Source: Ramazzottius varieornatus (taxonomy: Eukaryota; Animalia; Tardigrada). From it: a stretch of 64,000 bases of DNA. Made by a program: the position numbers and the translations under genes. Under the pieces are notes generated by a model, which worked only from the letters and a program-made list of their open reading frames with translations, searched no databases and was not told the DNA's origin. This document shows, in pieces, positions 26,544 through 40,200 of the stretch (its first letter is position 1; each line of letters starts with the position of its first letter). The DNA lies in contig BDGG01000001.1 of assembly GCA_001949185.1 (NCBI GenBank), positions 448,128 through 512,127 on the forward strand, written 5' to 3'.

Positions 26544-27499
26544 TCAGGCACGGTCCGTTGATCGGAGCTTCTCCTCCACGGCTTCCTTCGAGGCTTCCGA
26601 CTCGTCGGTGGCTTGGATGTATTTGGCAATCCCAACCAAGGCCTTCTTCAAGGCATCGAAACTACTGGAGTACAACATCTTCTTCTTGATCTTGGCAGTG
26701 TCTGGACACCTGCACAAGCAGAATCAGTCAAAGAAACTCAAGTCAAGGGAGTCTCCAATCACCTTGCCGTCAATCAACCGAAAAAACAATTTCCGACTTG
26801 CCTCGACGGCTTCACATAACCAGTCACCAACTCTGGTAAGCCTCAGGGTACGACTGCGTCGAAAAACCACTTGGTCTACGCGGACAAACACATGACCCCA
26901 CGGGCAACCATGGCCATACACAATATGGCCAGCCAAATTTCTCAAAATTCATTTCAAATTTGCCCAATTTGTCCATTTTCTGGATATTCTTTGATCCATC
27001 GTCGATGCATACCCGATCAAACTTACCAGGAAAGAAGGATCAGCTTCTGCTTGCGGCTTTCGGAACTGGCACCTTGGACAAGATGGTCGTATTCATAGTC
27101 GAAAACGCCATAACGGCAGTCATCGGGACCAGCAGCCAGGAGATCCTGGACAAAATCCTGGTATTTGGCATTACGTTCACCAACCTTCTCCACCACAATC
27201 TGCTTTTCGTCTTTGATCATGAAAATGATATACCTAGCACGATCCAGACACACGTTAGTCTGAAATTTCAGTATGTAAGCAGGGCAGAAGCGTCATAATT
27301 ACCGGGCCTTCTTATCACGCTTGATAGCTTCAAACTGCTGCTTGCACTCGTCAGCGATTGTCACTCCTGAAGCCTGGAAATAAATACGACATCAGCCCAT
27401 CCTTCCCAAATCGAAAGTCCATCAAGAACACCTTCAGGGTTATTCTTTGTCTTTGACAGGAAATATTCAAAATGGCGCAGCTAGCGAATGACTTACCAT
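26544..27499 (-). CDS. ADF/cofilin (twinstar-like)
   Basis: ATG-only first coding exon (27497-27499), then [10 protein letters not shown]..., [48 protein letters not shown]. Confidence 0.95.
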
Positions 27500-28325
27500 G
27501 GCTGCTTCTGAGCTGATGAACTCCTGGGAGATATGGGGAGTATCACAGAAAGATCCTTGGGAAGCGGCAAGTCTCTGGGATCTGGACGGTGGCAGGAAGG
27601 AGATCAAGGTTTCAGCAGAGTTTGACGAAGAGAATGCTGCTACGATGATGTGTTCGTCTGACTTTAACACGCAAAGGCACGGCCACGGATCGGTGATTCG
27701 TCACGCAGTCAGTGTGACTCATCGTCGTTGTATAGTCTGTAATGTCAGACGCTCCGCCTCCCTCGCTTACTGCTTGACCATTTGACCCAAGGCGGAGCTG
27801 CCCAGTGCGATACCAGATGGCACCTCTCAGTCGTCACGCACCTTTGATGACGTCATCGCGGACAGCATGCGCTCATTTTAGACAAGGCACGTCAAGTACA
27901 GGTGAAGACTGATGCCAAATATGGAGGTGGACTTGCATGACAAGAAATCTAATCATATTCCGTGGACTTTACCGTCTGCCTTGTAAGGGCTTCTGCCAGA
28001 TCCGCAAACACGTCGCGTCACACATGGACGTTTGACGGGCTAAAGTCTATACCCATCAGCTGAAATCAAGTCATCGATCAGTGCTTCGAGCCGGGTGCGA
28101 CTTTAGGACGAGCGGGAAAAATACGCTATTTATCCGGCAGAAGAGCGATCAAATCTGTTCCACTTCCGGTCGTTCAGAAAAAGCGTCTCCGATGTACGTC
28201 TTGCGAAAGACAGACAAACAGACACGTAATGAAGAAGGTCTGGAGGGCTGACAAATTTCCCCCTTTTCGCACGTTGCCGAATTTTATTGATTATACTTCA
28301 AACTAGATTGCCATTACCGAAAATC

Positions 28326-29941
28326 ATGGCGGATTTTCCAAACTGGGATGACTGGAACGATGTCAACGACACTTCGGTGGACCTTGCTGGTCCTTCGACC
28401 AGCGCAGCGTCTGTGGCGGCCGGAAATAGCATCTCGTGGTCGGCCAAGAATATCGCGGTTCTGGCGGCCATCGTCGTCTTTAGTCTCAAGGGTTTCCTGC
28501 TGAATGCGAGCATTGTAGTGGCGATCACCGTGGGGAATATGCGGAAGATGGTGACGACCCTGACGGGAATGGATGTTTTGATCATCAACCATTCCGTCAT
28601 CAACGTTCTCATAATCACTCTGACCATTCCCTGGATGCTAAGCGTCAGGTTGATCAGCAGTGATAGGTGGTTGTTCGCCCATGGGTTCTGTCAACCTTGG
28701 GGATTCTTTCGCGGATGGTTTTATGGAGCATCCGGTAAAACAAGAACGTTTCTCAGACCTCGTTGAACAGCGCTTTCCTAATTTTTGAACAAGTCTGTCC
28801 GATTTTTTTAGAACAGGCTGTAGTCTATCAGCTGGTTCTCGGCATTTTTGGCCTTTTCTACGCTTTATCATGTTATCGCCTTTCAGAAATGAGCCTGACG
28901 GTGATATCCGTCCATCAAGCCATCGCTTTCATCGTCCGCCTTCTGCCCAACCTCAACTTCTTTAGCGGAATGGAACCCCGCCAGAGAACCTTCATCCGGG
29001 CTGGACTAATCGTGCTGCTGGCGGTACTTTCTTGGATCATTGCTTTTGGAGTGGAGAGCATTTTCCTGCAACTGCAACCGGTGATCGCCCATGGTTTCGA
29101 CATATGCGCCTTCACTCATGGTAGGCTAGCTTTATTCCATGACCTTGTAGCAGAATGGTTGATTGTTGCTGCCTTTCATCTTGCAGATGATCATGAAGTC
29201 ATCACTTCGTTCACTCTTGCGGAAGAATTACTGTAAGTGTAAGACGACAATCCAAACTGAGACGTGCAATTAATTTGTCCTTTCTTCAAAATTTTTGATC
29301 CTGTTTTTTAATTCAGAATTTTCTGGATTCCCATATCGGTCTCAATATTCCTCATCATCAACGTCGGTGTTCTCCTGGTGATTTTCCGCGGACGAGTTCA
29401 GCTGGGCTCGGACAGGCCAACCTCTGTTGTGACGCCGCCTATGCGTTACTCCCAGCTCAACTCCACATCGGATGGCGAGCGCTTGCTGGAAGACCGCACT
29501 CGTCTCCTCTCATCCCGCAACGGCCGAGGCAACGAAAACCCAACCTACTGGCAGAACCACGAACAAGTCTACTTTAATTCGTCCCTCCTCACTCTCAACA
29601 CCGACGAAGAAGGTCTGGACGGCCAACTACCACCGGTAACCCAGCTACCGCTGACAGAGAAGGCCGAGGTCCCGACAGACGAGTTTACGCGGTCCTCGTT
29701 CATGACATGGCTGGGCTTGACGTTGAGTAACTTGTTCTTCGTGGCCCCCATGCACATCTTCTTCTTGTGGAGGAAAAACGACGAATCCTTTGCACCATCT
29801 GCCGAGCAAGTTTCCATCTATCAGTCGGTTCTGATGATACTACTGTCGATCAGAGTGCTACTCGTCGATCCGCTGGCTATTCTACTGTTGACATCTCGAT
29901 ACCGAAATTTGCTCTTTTCGATCTTTAAAAAGCGTGTCTGA
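28326..29941 (+). CDS. Orphan rhodopsin-like (class A) GPCR
   Basis: About 7 hydrophobic segments over 4 exons. TM1 Asn (GFLLN), WLFAHGFC (ECL1), TM5 FWIP, TM7 VDPL and helix-8 SRYR. Confidence 0.7.
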
Positions 29942-30223
29942 TGACCATATTATGTACTGTGTAACGAACAAGCTACATTTTATATGCATGCAACATAGAA
30001 AGTGTCTTATGCAATCGTGGTCACTTCGAAGCGAGCCGCTTACATTTCTCAAAACCCGCATTCTTTTGCCCCGAAGCAGTAAACAATGCATACGACAGCA
30101 AAGACTTGACCACACGACAGAATTATCAAATAGGTCTCAAAGCCGGTTTTTCAAACTTTTACAGATTTTTGATGTACTTACAAGCTGGAAGCAATCAACG
30201 AGTGATTTCGGGTGAATTGCTTT

Positions 30224-30960
30224 ATGGATATACGGCTCCCCGTGATGTTTGTGAATCGCTCTCTATGTAAATTCCAACATTATTTAATACCTAAGCGTTG
30301 TTCCTTCCTGCACTGCGTCCTGTTGGTCTTTCTAATGTTTATCGGGACCATTTGCCTGTCGTACATTTTACTTTCGCGAAATGAACTTGATGTGCCACCG
30401 GCTACGTTCTATCTGCACTACATTCGTTTTTCCTCAAAGCTGAGACGGAATTTCACTTTCACGGACTATCTCAGTGTTCTGTCAGGTGTGCAATATCTAC
30501 AAGCCGATGAAATCCTCTTACACGGGGACGCCATTCCAAGTGGTCCGTACTGGGATAACCTAACTGCAAGGCAGGCCATTCCACATGTTCACATGGAGCG
30601 CCCAACGAATTTTGGATCCCACGATGGAGTAGCCAAGAAAGCAAGTTACGTCGAGCATGCAGCCGATGTGGCCAAACTGGACGTTCTGTTGAAATACGGT
30701 GGCGTTGCAATCGACTTTGATGTGTTCTTCATTCACGGGCAGAGAATCAAGGAAGCGAATCAGACCTGCATTGTTATCGCAATGCCATGGCGCTGCACTC
30801 GTTCGAGCGCTTTGCCGAAGAGAAAATTGGGAGCATTGAAGATCTGCAGAAAGCGAACCTGACAGCCCGAACAGAGTTGTTTCGGAATATTTATTACAAT
30901 GTCCAGTTACCGCCGGCTGATCCAGACTTTGATGATGAAGTCATACCTGATAAGCTCTGA
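30224..30960 (+). pseudogene. DXD glycosyltransferase (GT32 / alpha-1,4-GT-like), internally deleted and frameshifted
   Basis: Type II TM anchor, YLSVLS, HGD..PSGPYW, EHAADVAKLDVLLKYGGVAIDFDV. The C-terminus (YRNAMALHSF...PDKL*) resumes in another frame shortly after the DXD motif. Confidence 0.7.
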
Positions 30961-31137
30961 AGTCGAATAATTGCGCGTGGGAAAAATAAAAGTAAAATAA
31001 TAAACTGTTGTCAGCCCCTGTTACGATAGTCTTTAACACAGCGTGCGGTCTTGTATTCTAGTTTCCTAGGTAGTCGTTCGAATGTGCTGTGTGCTTCAGT
31101 TTCCGCACAACCACTGTACTTTGCTCACACCGTGTTG

Positions 31138-32819
31138 ATGGATTTTCGATTGGCTGAAACTGCCCTCAGTCCGCAAGACAAAAATCAAAGTATGGTGAAA
31201 CTGGCACCCGTTGATTATGAAATCGGTTTTCTTAAGCCGGAAAGGTCAACGTACTCATCCACGTTCGACGGTGCAGATGGACCGCAGGCGGAAACAAGCA
31301 AGCTTCCCATCGAGCACCACTTAATTCCTTCCTTGAGTTCGATAACAAGTTACGCGGATGACTTTACCATCCACCATCCTGTGGGTAATTACACCTTGCC
31401 CGAATTTGCGCAGAACTACATTCCGAAATATCGATGAATCATTTTTGATATCTTGAACTATGTCAACGTTGCACTGCGCAGGTCAAACGCGACAAGGAAT
31501 CGATCAAGAGAAGCGTGCACGATCAAAGGAAGCAGGAAGCTGCTCGGCATGCGGCATCTTTGGCCATGAACGACGTGTCATTTCCTGGTCACAGTGCTGG
31601 CTATGATCGAGATGTAGTCGAAGCAGAGAGAGACACCAGAGACGGGACGCCCAAAACCCCTCACAGATTTTCAGTGTACCAAGAGACGTACCATGACCAT
31701 GACGAGGAGAAGATGAAGGAACTGCGAGGTCGCAGTGTCTATAAGTTTGAAAAAAGTCACGTCCTACCGCAAACTCCCCTACCACCAACAATATCAGAGT
31801 CAAAGGTATTTTTAACATTCTGAATTTTCGACAGTGCGTCGCCTCAAATTTTCCACAAGTTGTTAGGAGAATTTTCTACGGAGTTTGGCACAAGTATATG
31901 TGGGAATAATGTAGGTCCTCCGCAGGAAACTTATGTGCCGATCACGAATGCTATTAAGGAGCACTACATTATCCACCCTTGTCAAGGCATGTCCAAGTAC
32001 CCCAAAGGCCGTCGGCGCACCATCACGGTGACAGCCGAAGAAGCCCAGCGCCTCTCCTTCAACCCCTACAGTCCCAAGTACTGGAAGAACATTTCCCAGC
32101 CGCTTTTCCACGGTCCACCCGTCGCTACTTTCGACCTGGGCAAATCCGCTCAAGCATCATGCCATACATGGCCTATTGATGGACATGCTGCTGAGTCCAC
32201 TAAGCGTACCCCACCCTACCTCACACCCTATCAAAAGATGGCCACCAGCACGCACTACATGTCCGAGTTTAACGCGGCACCCATCGGAGAACGACACCCG
32301 ATCGATGTGAAGAAATTACCGCTACTCGAAGAATCGGAAGCCAAAGACAAACTTGCCAAGGTCTATGAGAACTCGACCAGGCAGTTGTTCTGGAACAGCG
32401 TCGGAGCGGATTTGAGGAAGTACGGGCAGCAGTGTCGGACGGATCGGCACTATCAAGACTTGTGCCAAATGGGCGGAAAGGCGGAGCAGAGTGTGGAGAA
32501 ATATCTGGGTCCGATGCAATTGTCGTCCAGTGAGCGGATAAGGAAAGGTCATATTGTGGGTGTAGGCTGTACCAACAAGGAGAATATTGCCTTTAACGGG
32601 AAGACGACCTATCATGAGGAAATTAGGGGGGAGGAAGGTGAGACGCCCAATCCAGCCAAACCTCACAAGAACCATGTGCCGGAATTGATGGTACAGTACC
32701 CCGATGCACCGACTGTCGGACTATACCGACGAGTTTCGGCCTTTCGCGCCACAGCAGACATCTCGTATGACAAAACGCCGATAAGCGCAACTGAGGTGTG
32801 GTCAAGTTCCACTGCCTAG
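31138..32819 (+). CDS. Uncharacterised protein with repeated [ST]xYxxxF (Mn-like) motifs; candidate ciliary microtubule-binding protein
   Basis: Three exons (31138-31380, 31482-31805, 31868-32819) joined by plausible GT-AG introns. Motifs STYSSTF, TSYADDF, SVYQETY, THYMSEF, TTYHEEI. Confidence 0.65.
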
Positions 32820-34572
32820 TTGTGCGCAATGAGGGAAATCGTTCGTCGGACAAAACGCGAAATTTATAATTCGCTCTTCCCTTAAGCTTTAGACGATGTA
32901 AGAAAATTCGTACTGAAAAAAAGATATAACGACGTCCGAGAATTTGTCTCCGGACTACAGTGTATGGCACAAACCGAATTCGAATCGCATACCGAATGCG
33001 ATAAATTTTTCTAGACTGGATAGACGAGTTTTGTTTCACAAAAGATCAAACTAATTAATCATATTATTCGTCGCTGGTTTTCGGAAAGAGCAAAACTTTA
33101 TGCGCCATGATAGCAGCTGGTTTAAAGCTTTTTAGAGGTGAGACTGGCGGTCACACTAGAGAAGAGTAGTGTCTGGTTCTCGAGCTATCCTGCGCTGGTA
33201 CAGTGTTTACCAGTACTAATCAGAGGTATCAGAATGTCCTTCACCCCTGCGAAAGAAGTGATACAGATTAACCAGCGACTACGACTATCATCTTATTGGG
33301 CAAAATATCTGGGCTGCGTCCCGAGATCATCTCAACGCCCACCGGCTCACTCGCTTGATTGTCAATGTCGTCTACGCTAACATGACCCAGTCTTCTAAAG
33401 TGGTTCACGAAAATTTGTCAAGCTGGCTTCCGGACGACATTTCGTCGTAAAAAGCTGCTCATTTTCATCCACGAGCTCTTTGCGCGCCTTCTGGATATTG
33501 GGGAAGAAAATCCAGCAGAAAACGTAGAGGTACTGCGCCCGTCGCGAGTCTGATACAGTCATACCTATGATCAATCTGGCCACGCAGTCATTGGCCCTGT
33601 CTGATAGCCATATCCAGTCGACTCGGCGGGATGTGCGTCGGTTACGACCATCCTTCTCGCTGCGTATTTTCCTTGGAGATATGCTGGTTGAATCGACGTA
33701 GCCGAGCTTTGCATCTTTTGCCAAGAAGCATAATTATCATGGCGCCTAACCGGAACTGCGCGACTTAGTGACAGAGCTCGTAAGAAGGTTAGCACACAGC
33801 ATTAATGTTTGTCATTCTGTAGAGTGACGAACGCTTCTTTTAGAGTTCGTCCTTCCCGTTAACAAAGGGTTGGTCCTCGCGGCGGTACATCGCAGATGAA
33901 CTTGCCTGCCGAATACCTACGCTATATCATTTTTCAACACATGGACAAGGTCTGGCTTCTGCTCTTCTGTGCCACTTTCTTCCGATGGACGAGCCGAATG
34001 TTAATAAAGTAGACTGGATCGATGTCGAATACTTCGACTTCAACGATGAGCGAACGATGTTTGACTGGTCGAACTTTGACATCGGCCAACCTTTTGCCGA
34101 TTTGAACAACGATGATGACAACCGACGCCAATGCTGCATACAGTAGCTTAGTCCATGTTACGACTGATTTGAGCGTGGAAAGGCGAACTGGATTACATTA
34201 GTGTAACGCTGTCACCATATATACCGCTACCGTTGTTCAGGCCTCTTTGTGGGAATGATTTGAGTGCAGGATGTTCTTTCGGTTCGATTCATTTCGCTTC
34301 TCTTGTATTAGGCGGTCCTGGGAAAGACACATGTAAGGTGGGCACTGTACTGTACACCACACCTAAAGTCGGAGACGTTACAAAGGGATAGACATTCGAG
34401 GTGCTGGTTCGAATAGTGGTATCTGGGCGTTACTGTGGTAATGGTTTAAACAATACCCGTATGATGCCTGCTGGACCGTTTCGCTCCACATAAACTGTGC
34501 TGCCTTGGAATTCGGTGGGGTCAGTTTCTGACTGTTCTGTAGACATCTGCCTTCCCAGTATTGTGTTGTGCA

Positions 34573-36126
34573 ATGGAGAAGCCCCAGATGATACTGCATC
34601 ACATGCAATCACTCAACTACACAGCCTACGATTGCAAATGGATACCCTCCAGCCCCAAATTTATCGTCCTGGGTGGATTGGCCAGAGGAACGGGATGCAT
34701 TGATGTCTTTGAGCTAACTCCCACTGGTGCCAATCACGTCAAGCAAGTACAGACATGAATATGGATTAAACTCTTTGGCGTTAAAAAGACCGGAATGACG
34801 TCGTTGGCTCCATGTCCTGTAGATCGAGAAAGCTAAGCCATTCAAGTGCGCCACTTTCGGCGCCGCCAGTTTAGCTCAACGTCACGTGGCCACTGGCGAC
34901 TTTGATGGCCGTTTGTGCGTATGGAGTTTGGAGAAGCCAGAGGTACCCGTTTATCATGTCAAAGGTCACACCGAGATCATCAATGCCATTGATGGTGTTG
35001 GTGGACTGAATATCGGCGAAGGTGCGCCGGAAATTGTGACGGCAAGCCGAGACGGTCAGTTATTTTTAGCGGCGCACTATATCTAACCCTGGCAAAAGGC
35101 GAGGTTTTTTTGCAGGATTGGTCAAGTTATGGGACCAAAGGCAGAAAGGCACACCAGTGGCGACTATGGCTCCGTCCAACACGGGAGGGGGGGCCGCCTC
35201 CTCCAACCGAGACTGTTGGACTGTCGCTTTCGGTAGGCTCTTTTCTTTGGGCTCATTCGGCGGCGCACTTCGATGGCGGTTGCCATTCTGACAGTTTTCA
35301 GGTAACGCCTACACCAGTGAGGAGCGCTGTATTGCAGCTGGGTACGATAACGGCGACTTAAAACTCTTCGACTTGAAAAAAATGGGCCTCCGCTGGCAAA
35401 CCAACCTGAAAAATGGCGTAAGCATTTGCCAGTTTACAAGAATATCGGGTTTCCTACGAGCAGACTTTCCCGCAGTTGACGTGACGTTATCCAGAAAAAA
35501 TTGTGAACGTTACCTCTGTAAGTCCTTTTATTCTGTAGATTTGTCATGTTGAATTCGATCGGAAAGATATCCTCATGAACAAGCTGGTGGCTACGACCTT
35601 AGAACAGAAGTTCCATGTCTTCGATATGCGGACCCAACATTCCAAATCCGGCTTTGCTTCTATCGCCATGAAGGTACGTGCATTTCGTCCGACTTCCCGC
35701 CAATGGTTGCCTGCACACTTTAACCTCGATCAGGGCATCTCTTTCCTTGGGTAGGCTCATGAATCGACAATATGGCAGTGCCGCCACCTACCGCAGAACC
35801 GCGACATTTTCCTGACCTGCGGAGGCGAAGGCTCTCTTCAGTTGTGGAAATAGTGAGCTTCCTGCTTCCCAGCCAACCAAATGTCAGTATTGAATTGTCG
35901 GTATTTTTTCTCTCTTAGTAATTACCCTCCGAAACGAGTGAAGGATGACGGCCACGGGAAGAAGATGGGGGTGATGGGCAACGTGGAACTCGTGCAGGAT
36001 GTCAAGCTGGGCGGTCAGCCCATCAGCGCCATGGACTGGTCGCCTGACAAGCAAGGCCTGGCCGTAGCTACCGGCTTCGACCAGACTGTTCGTGTCATTA
36101 TCGCTACAAAACTCAATACTTTGTAG
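34573..36126 (+). CDS. WDR92: WD repeat protein 92 / dynein axonemal assembly factor 10
   Basis: [83 protein letters not shown]. Confidence 0.95.
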
Positions 36127-36513
36127 AAGGTTGTTTGTTGATAAAAAGAAGGTTGTTGAAGCTTTCGTAATACACTGAAATCTGTCAAACTTCATAATAT
36201 ACCGGTAACGGTCTGCAAGTATTTGATAACCGGTGTAGCGATTTTGGACGCGCGTTCTTTTTTCCCGTAGCTGTTCATCGACATGCCCGATGAGTTGTTG
36301 TCTCCGCACTTTGGTTACAAACACGAAATTTTGCATCCGGATGGTGGGAAACGAAGTTCCGTTGCTAAGACTAGTAAGAATGGGCACAGATTCACCATAA
36401 ATGTTTTCCGCAGTTTTCGTCCAGATTGCAATGCATCATATCAATACGTACAAATATGCTGGAGAACACATTTTTCTGCAAGTTCCAGCCGTCCCCAGCC
36501 AGTACAGTCACTA

Positions 36514-36681
36514 CAGTGTACGCGAAAATTAACCGTGAAAATGGGTGTTGGATGGAGCTAGATGGAAGCAGCCAATGCTATTTGCGCATGCATTACTTAG
36601 CACTTGTCATTGGTTCTATTCTAAATATGCTCCAGCTGAAACGTTACGCCCATCTTTCACGGTTAATTTTCGCGTACACTG
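36514..36681. mobile_element. Tc1/mariner-type MITE, 168 bp
   Basis: Perfect 27-bp TIR CAGTGTACGCGAAAATTAACCGTGAAA, with TA on both flanks. Confidence 0.9.
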
Positions 36682-37249
36682 TACGAGGCTCAGAACTTCG
36701 TTTTGCGCCATCCGGGTGAAATTTCCTGTTTGTTTGAAGACGCGACCAGTCTTCCGATTGATTTGTGTAGTACCGTATGGACTGTATCATTGGCCCTACA
36801 GTGGACGATGCACCTTGGGGATTTTCTGTAGCTGCAGGAAGGGGTCGGGGGTATTTCCTCCCGATAGTTCGAAGGAAGCTAAGAGTCATAGCTATCACGT
36901 AAAAGCACCAATATCACCATCGGCGTGGGACATGGTCTAAAGGTCCCTCGTTGGTACAGAAAAGCTTCGAGTTTATTCGACGATAGTATGATAGCCTGAC
37001 AGGCATCGTCCTTTTTCCCATACAGTTGTGGCTGCAGGTACCACGAAAGCTGCACCTGATCCGACCTGGCGGCTTATCGATCGTCTACGGGTAGGAGCAC
37101 ACAGCATAAAGCATGTTCGAAGATATGCAGGTCGATCAATAACCTCCGCTCTACTCTCAATCAACTAAGGCATTGGAATATGCTGAGCTTCCGCATTCGA
37201 AACTCTCCAATGTGTATCTACCCTGCTGCATCCTCTCATTTCTAAGACC

Positions 37250-40200
37250 ATGTCTCTGTTTCTTGAAAAGAACGTGGCATTTTCCAGCCAGACCAACGGC
37301 AGCCCGGAGTTTCTGCTTTGGCATCCTACCCAAGCTATTCTGGCCGTCTGTGCTTACAGTGAAAACGTTGGCAATGGAGGAGTTCATTTCTTCGACAAAG
37401 AGGTAAATTAACTGGCCGCTTTACGGGCGCTCCTTATTACCCTTCACCGATTAATGGTCCTTTCAGGGTCAGACCCTCCATCGATTCAAGCCACGTACGC
37501 GACAATCTTGCCCGGAATGTGCGGCATGGCATCCCTCCAGCACTGCCATCGTGGTGGCCTGGAGAGATGGAACACTGGTCCTCTACCACCTGCAAAACGA
37601 TTTGTCGGTGGAAAGTTTCGTCTCTACTGCACCTGTCAAGAACTTGCAGTGGAGTCTGGATGGGCATCATTTAGTCACTGTCAGCAAGGTAAACATTGTT
37701 AATACTTCTACATCGCTCAGAGTATTTCCATGCTTTCCAAATCGCTGTATTTTTCCAACGGTTTATTTTCCCATTAATCTAGGCCAACCAATTTTCAGTT
37801 TGGTCCAAAGATGCATCCAAGGACTCTATCAGCTTGTCCAAGCCGTCCATTACAAATACCCTTCCGCACACCGCCACCTGCCTGGAAATGCTCAGACAGA
37901 GCCTGAGCTACGGCAATGGCGGACTGCTGGAGGCAGTTTCCGCTTTGAAAGCAGCGTCGGCTGGCTCATCAAAACACCCTCTCTTCCTCCTCGGCACTTC
38001 GGCAGGTAGCACCACATGAAGCAACTGACTGTCCGGCACACAAAGCTACAGTTAAGCGTTGCAACTGTTACAGGGGATGTGTATTATTTGGACCAGCAAG
38101 GTAAAGTGCACCAAGGGCCTCGACTTCAAGGCTCCGTTCAGGCTATCAGCTTCTTGGAGATATTCGGCAGCAAGTATTGGACAGCTTATTTCGTCATGGA
38201 CTCGCTGAACGTCTTGGGCTACCAGATATCGCACGGCTTCGTCTTCGAAGAGACCTTCAACGTGCGTCAACCTTGAATGATTTTTTGAGTTGAATGTCAG
38301 TTGGAGACATGGTTCAAAATACAGTACTATCCATAGATGGGCATCATAATATATGAATACAAATGTCGCAGGCGGCGTGTCCCGGAAAGACGCCAGTACC
38401 TTCCGTGTGTTGGCTGAACCCGGAAGTTTTGGCCATTGCCACAGGGGAGAATCATCTACGAATTTGGGATTGCTTGAAGAGTGCCAACATCGACTTGCCG
38501 TTGCATGACTTTGCTGGAACGGAGCCTGCGGAAGCTCTTCGAACTGTGACTTTGAACCAATCTTCTGGTAAATAACCCAAATTCAACCACATCCCCAGCG
38601 TGTCCTGCTCAAACAATCAAATATGACGTCTGCAAAAACCATCAAACAAATTTATGATTTCAAAGAAACATCGAAAAAATTTTTGCCCACTCGTTACCAA
38701 CCACCAATTGCAACGAACAACTCAACTTGTTTCCTCGTTGTGGCCTAGAATTTTTCGAGAGCCGACTCACCTATAGGAGAATCCCTTTGAGTTGGACGGA
38801 TTTTGGAAATTCGTGGCAAAATCGCTTCCACCTGCAAATTTTCAGACTTCAGCTCATTCAGTCAAGCACTCAGTGTTCGTTTTCGATTTTTGGAAATGTC
38901 TCTTCAACAAAGCAATGATCGTCTGATTGCTGGGAGCTATGAAAAAAGCATGCATTCTACGGGTATAAAAAGTGGGAACCTCATTTAAAAAATTTATATT
39001 AAACAGGCAAACCTACGGCATTGCCTGATAAAATATTTCTTTGAAAGCAGTGTGCTACGACTGATTATCAAAAAACAAACGAACGGCTTCAGCACGCTGG
39101 AACGGAGAAGCTAAAAATAATTCAGAAAATACGCGAAAAGTTTTGCTGGCTGCCTCAGTTAGCAGGCACCCTCGATCACAGATCCAACCATGTGCACGAA
39201 TTCGTAAGTGATCTTTTTCTGCTATATTCAGGAGGTTTTTCTGAGAGAACAGCATCAGCGAAATTATTCCAGAATGTTCCGCCCGCGCACAAACCAGTCT
39301 GAAATGCACTGCATGTTGGGTTCGCAAAGACACCTTGATTTCCGCCCAATGCAGGTCTTAAGCGCCGCGCTCCATCTGGAGCACGACATCCCCGCAAGAT
39401 TTTCATACAACGCTTTTGACAGTGAGGCTTAGCTGGGAATGAATTTTCGAAGAAGTAAAAGCATTTTCCATTTTTTATTATTATTCAAGATCAAAATCCG
39501 TCCAACTAACAGGGATATAGGAATTGATATAGGGATTCACTCTATTCACATGTGATTAATTTACATATATGTGATTATGGCGATGCTGATGCTGAGTTCA
39601 AGCCAGAGTTGTCTACTTTGTCTTGTGACGCTTTAGGTGTCTTGATGGGGCAGACCAATAGCGGCAAACTACTCTTCTGGAGCAGCTGGCCGTCTTCCAG
39701 CAGCCAGTCCTTCTGCCGAATGATGTGCTCCACTCTGTGGAGCCTCATCTCTTCCTTTCAAGTCCGCCTGAGCGCTGCCGACATCAGTGGACCGTCATTC
39801 GCTATAGCGGATACGCACACCGTTTACGTCTTGCAGCAGCGCCCCCTAAGCTTTGCCTTCACATACCCACTGCTAGCCATCCAAACATCGACCAAGTCAG
39901 TGTCCATCATCGACGAGCAACGAAAGAAGGCCGCCATGCAAAAAGTCAAGTTCCAGATTTCGGGTGTCGCCGTGAAGGATAATCTGCTGGTCGTATGGAG
40001 TGAGGAAACGGTGTCTGTATGGCAGATGTCGGCACAGGCCGACGACGAAGGCCTCACTTTGACGGAGATCAGTACATTCCGACGAGACTATGCGAAAATT
40101 GCCATATACAACGGAGCCTTAGTGGCTACCAAGAACAAATCTATCAACTTCCTTACAGCCCAGGTACATTCTGACAAAGACAAATATCGTCGTAAAAGGT

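Noticed and set aside
27497-27499. ATG-only first coding exon of cofilin
   Set aside because: A well-known feature of ADF/cofilin genes, not novel.
9953-27499. Arp2, ECT2 and cofilin as an actin/cytokinesis cluster
   Set aside because: They are interspersed with unrelated genes on mixed strands, which is compatible with chance.
38568-39635. Unusually long IFT140 intron with CCCAGC...GCTGGG ends
   Set aside because: The 6-bp match is too short to call a transposon and there is no clear TSD.
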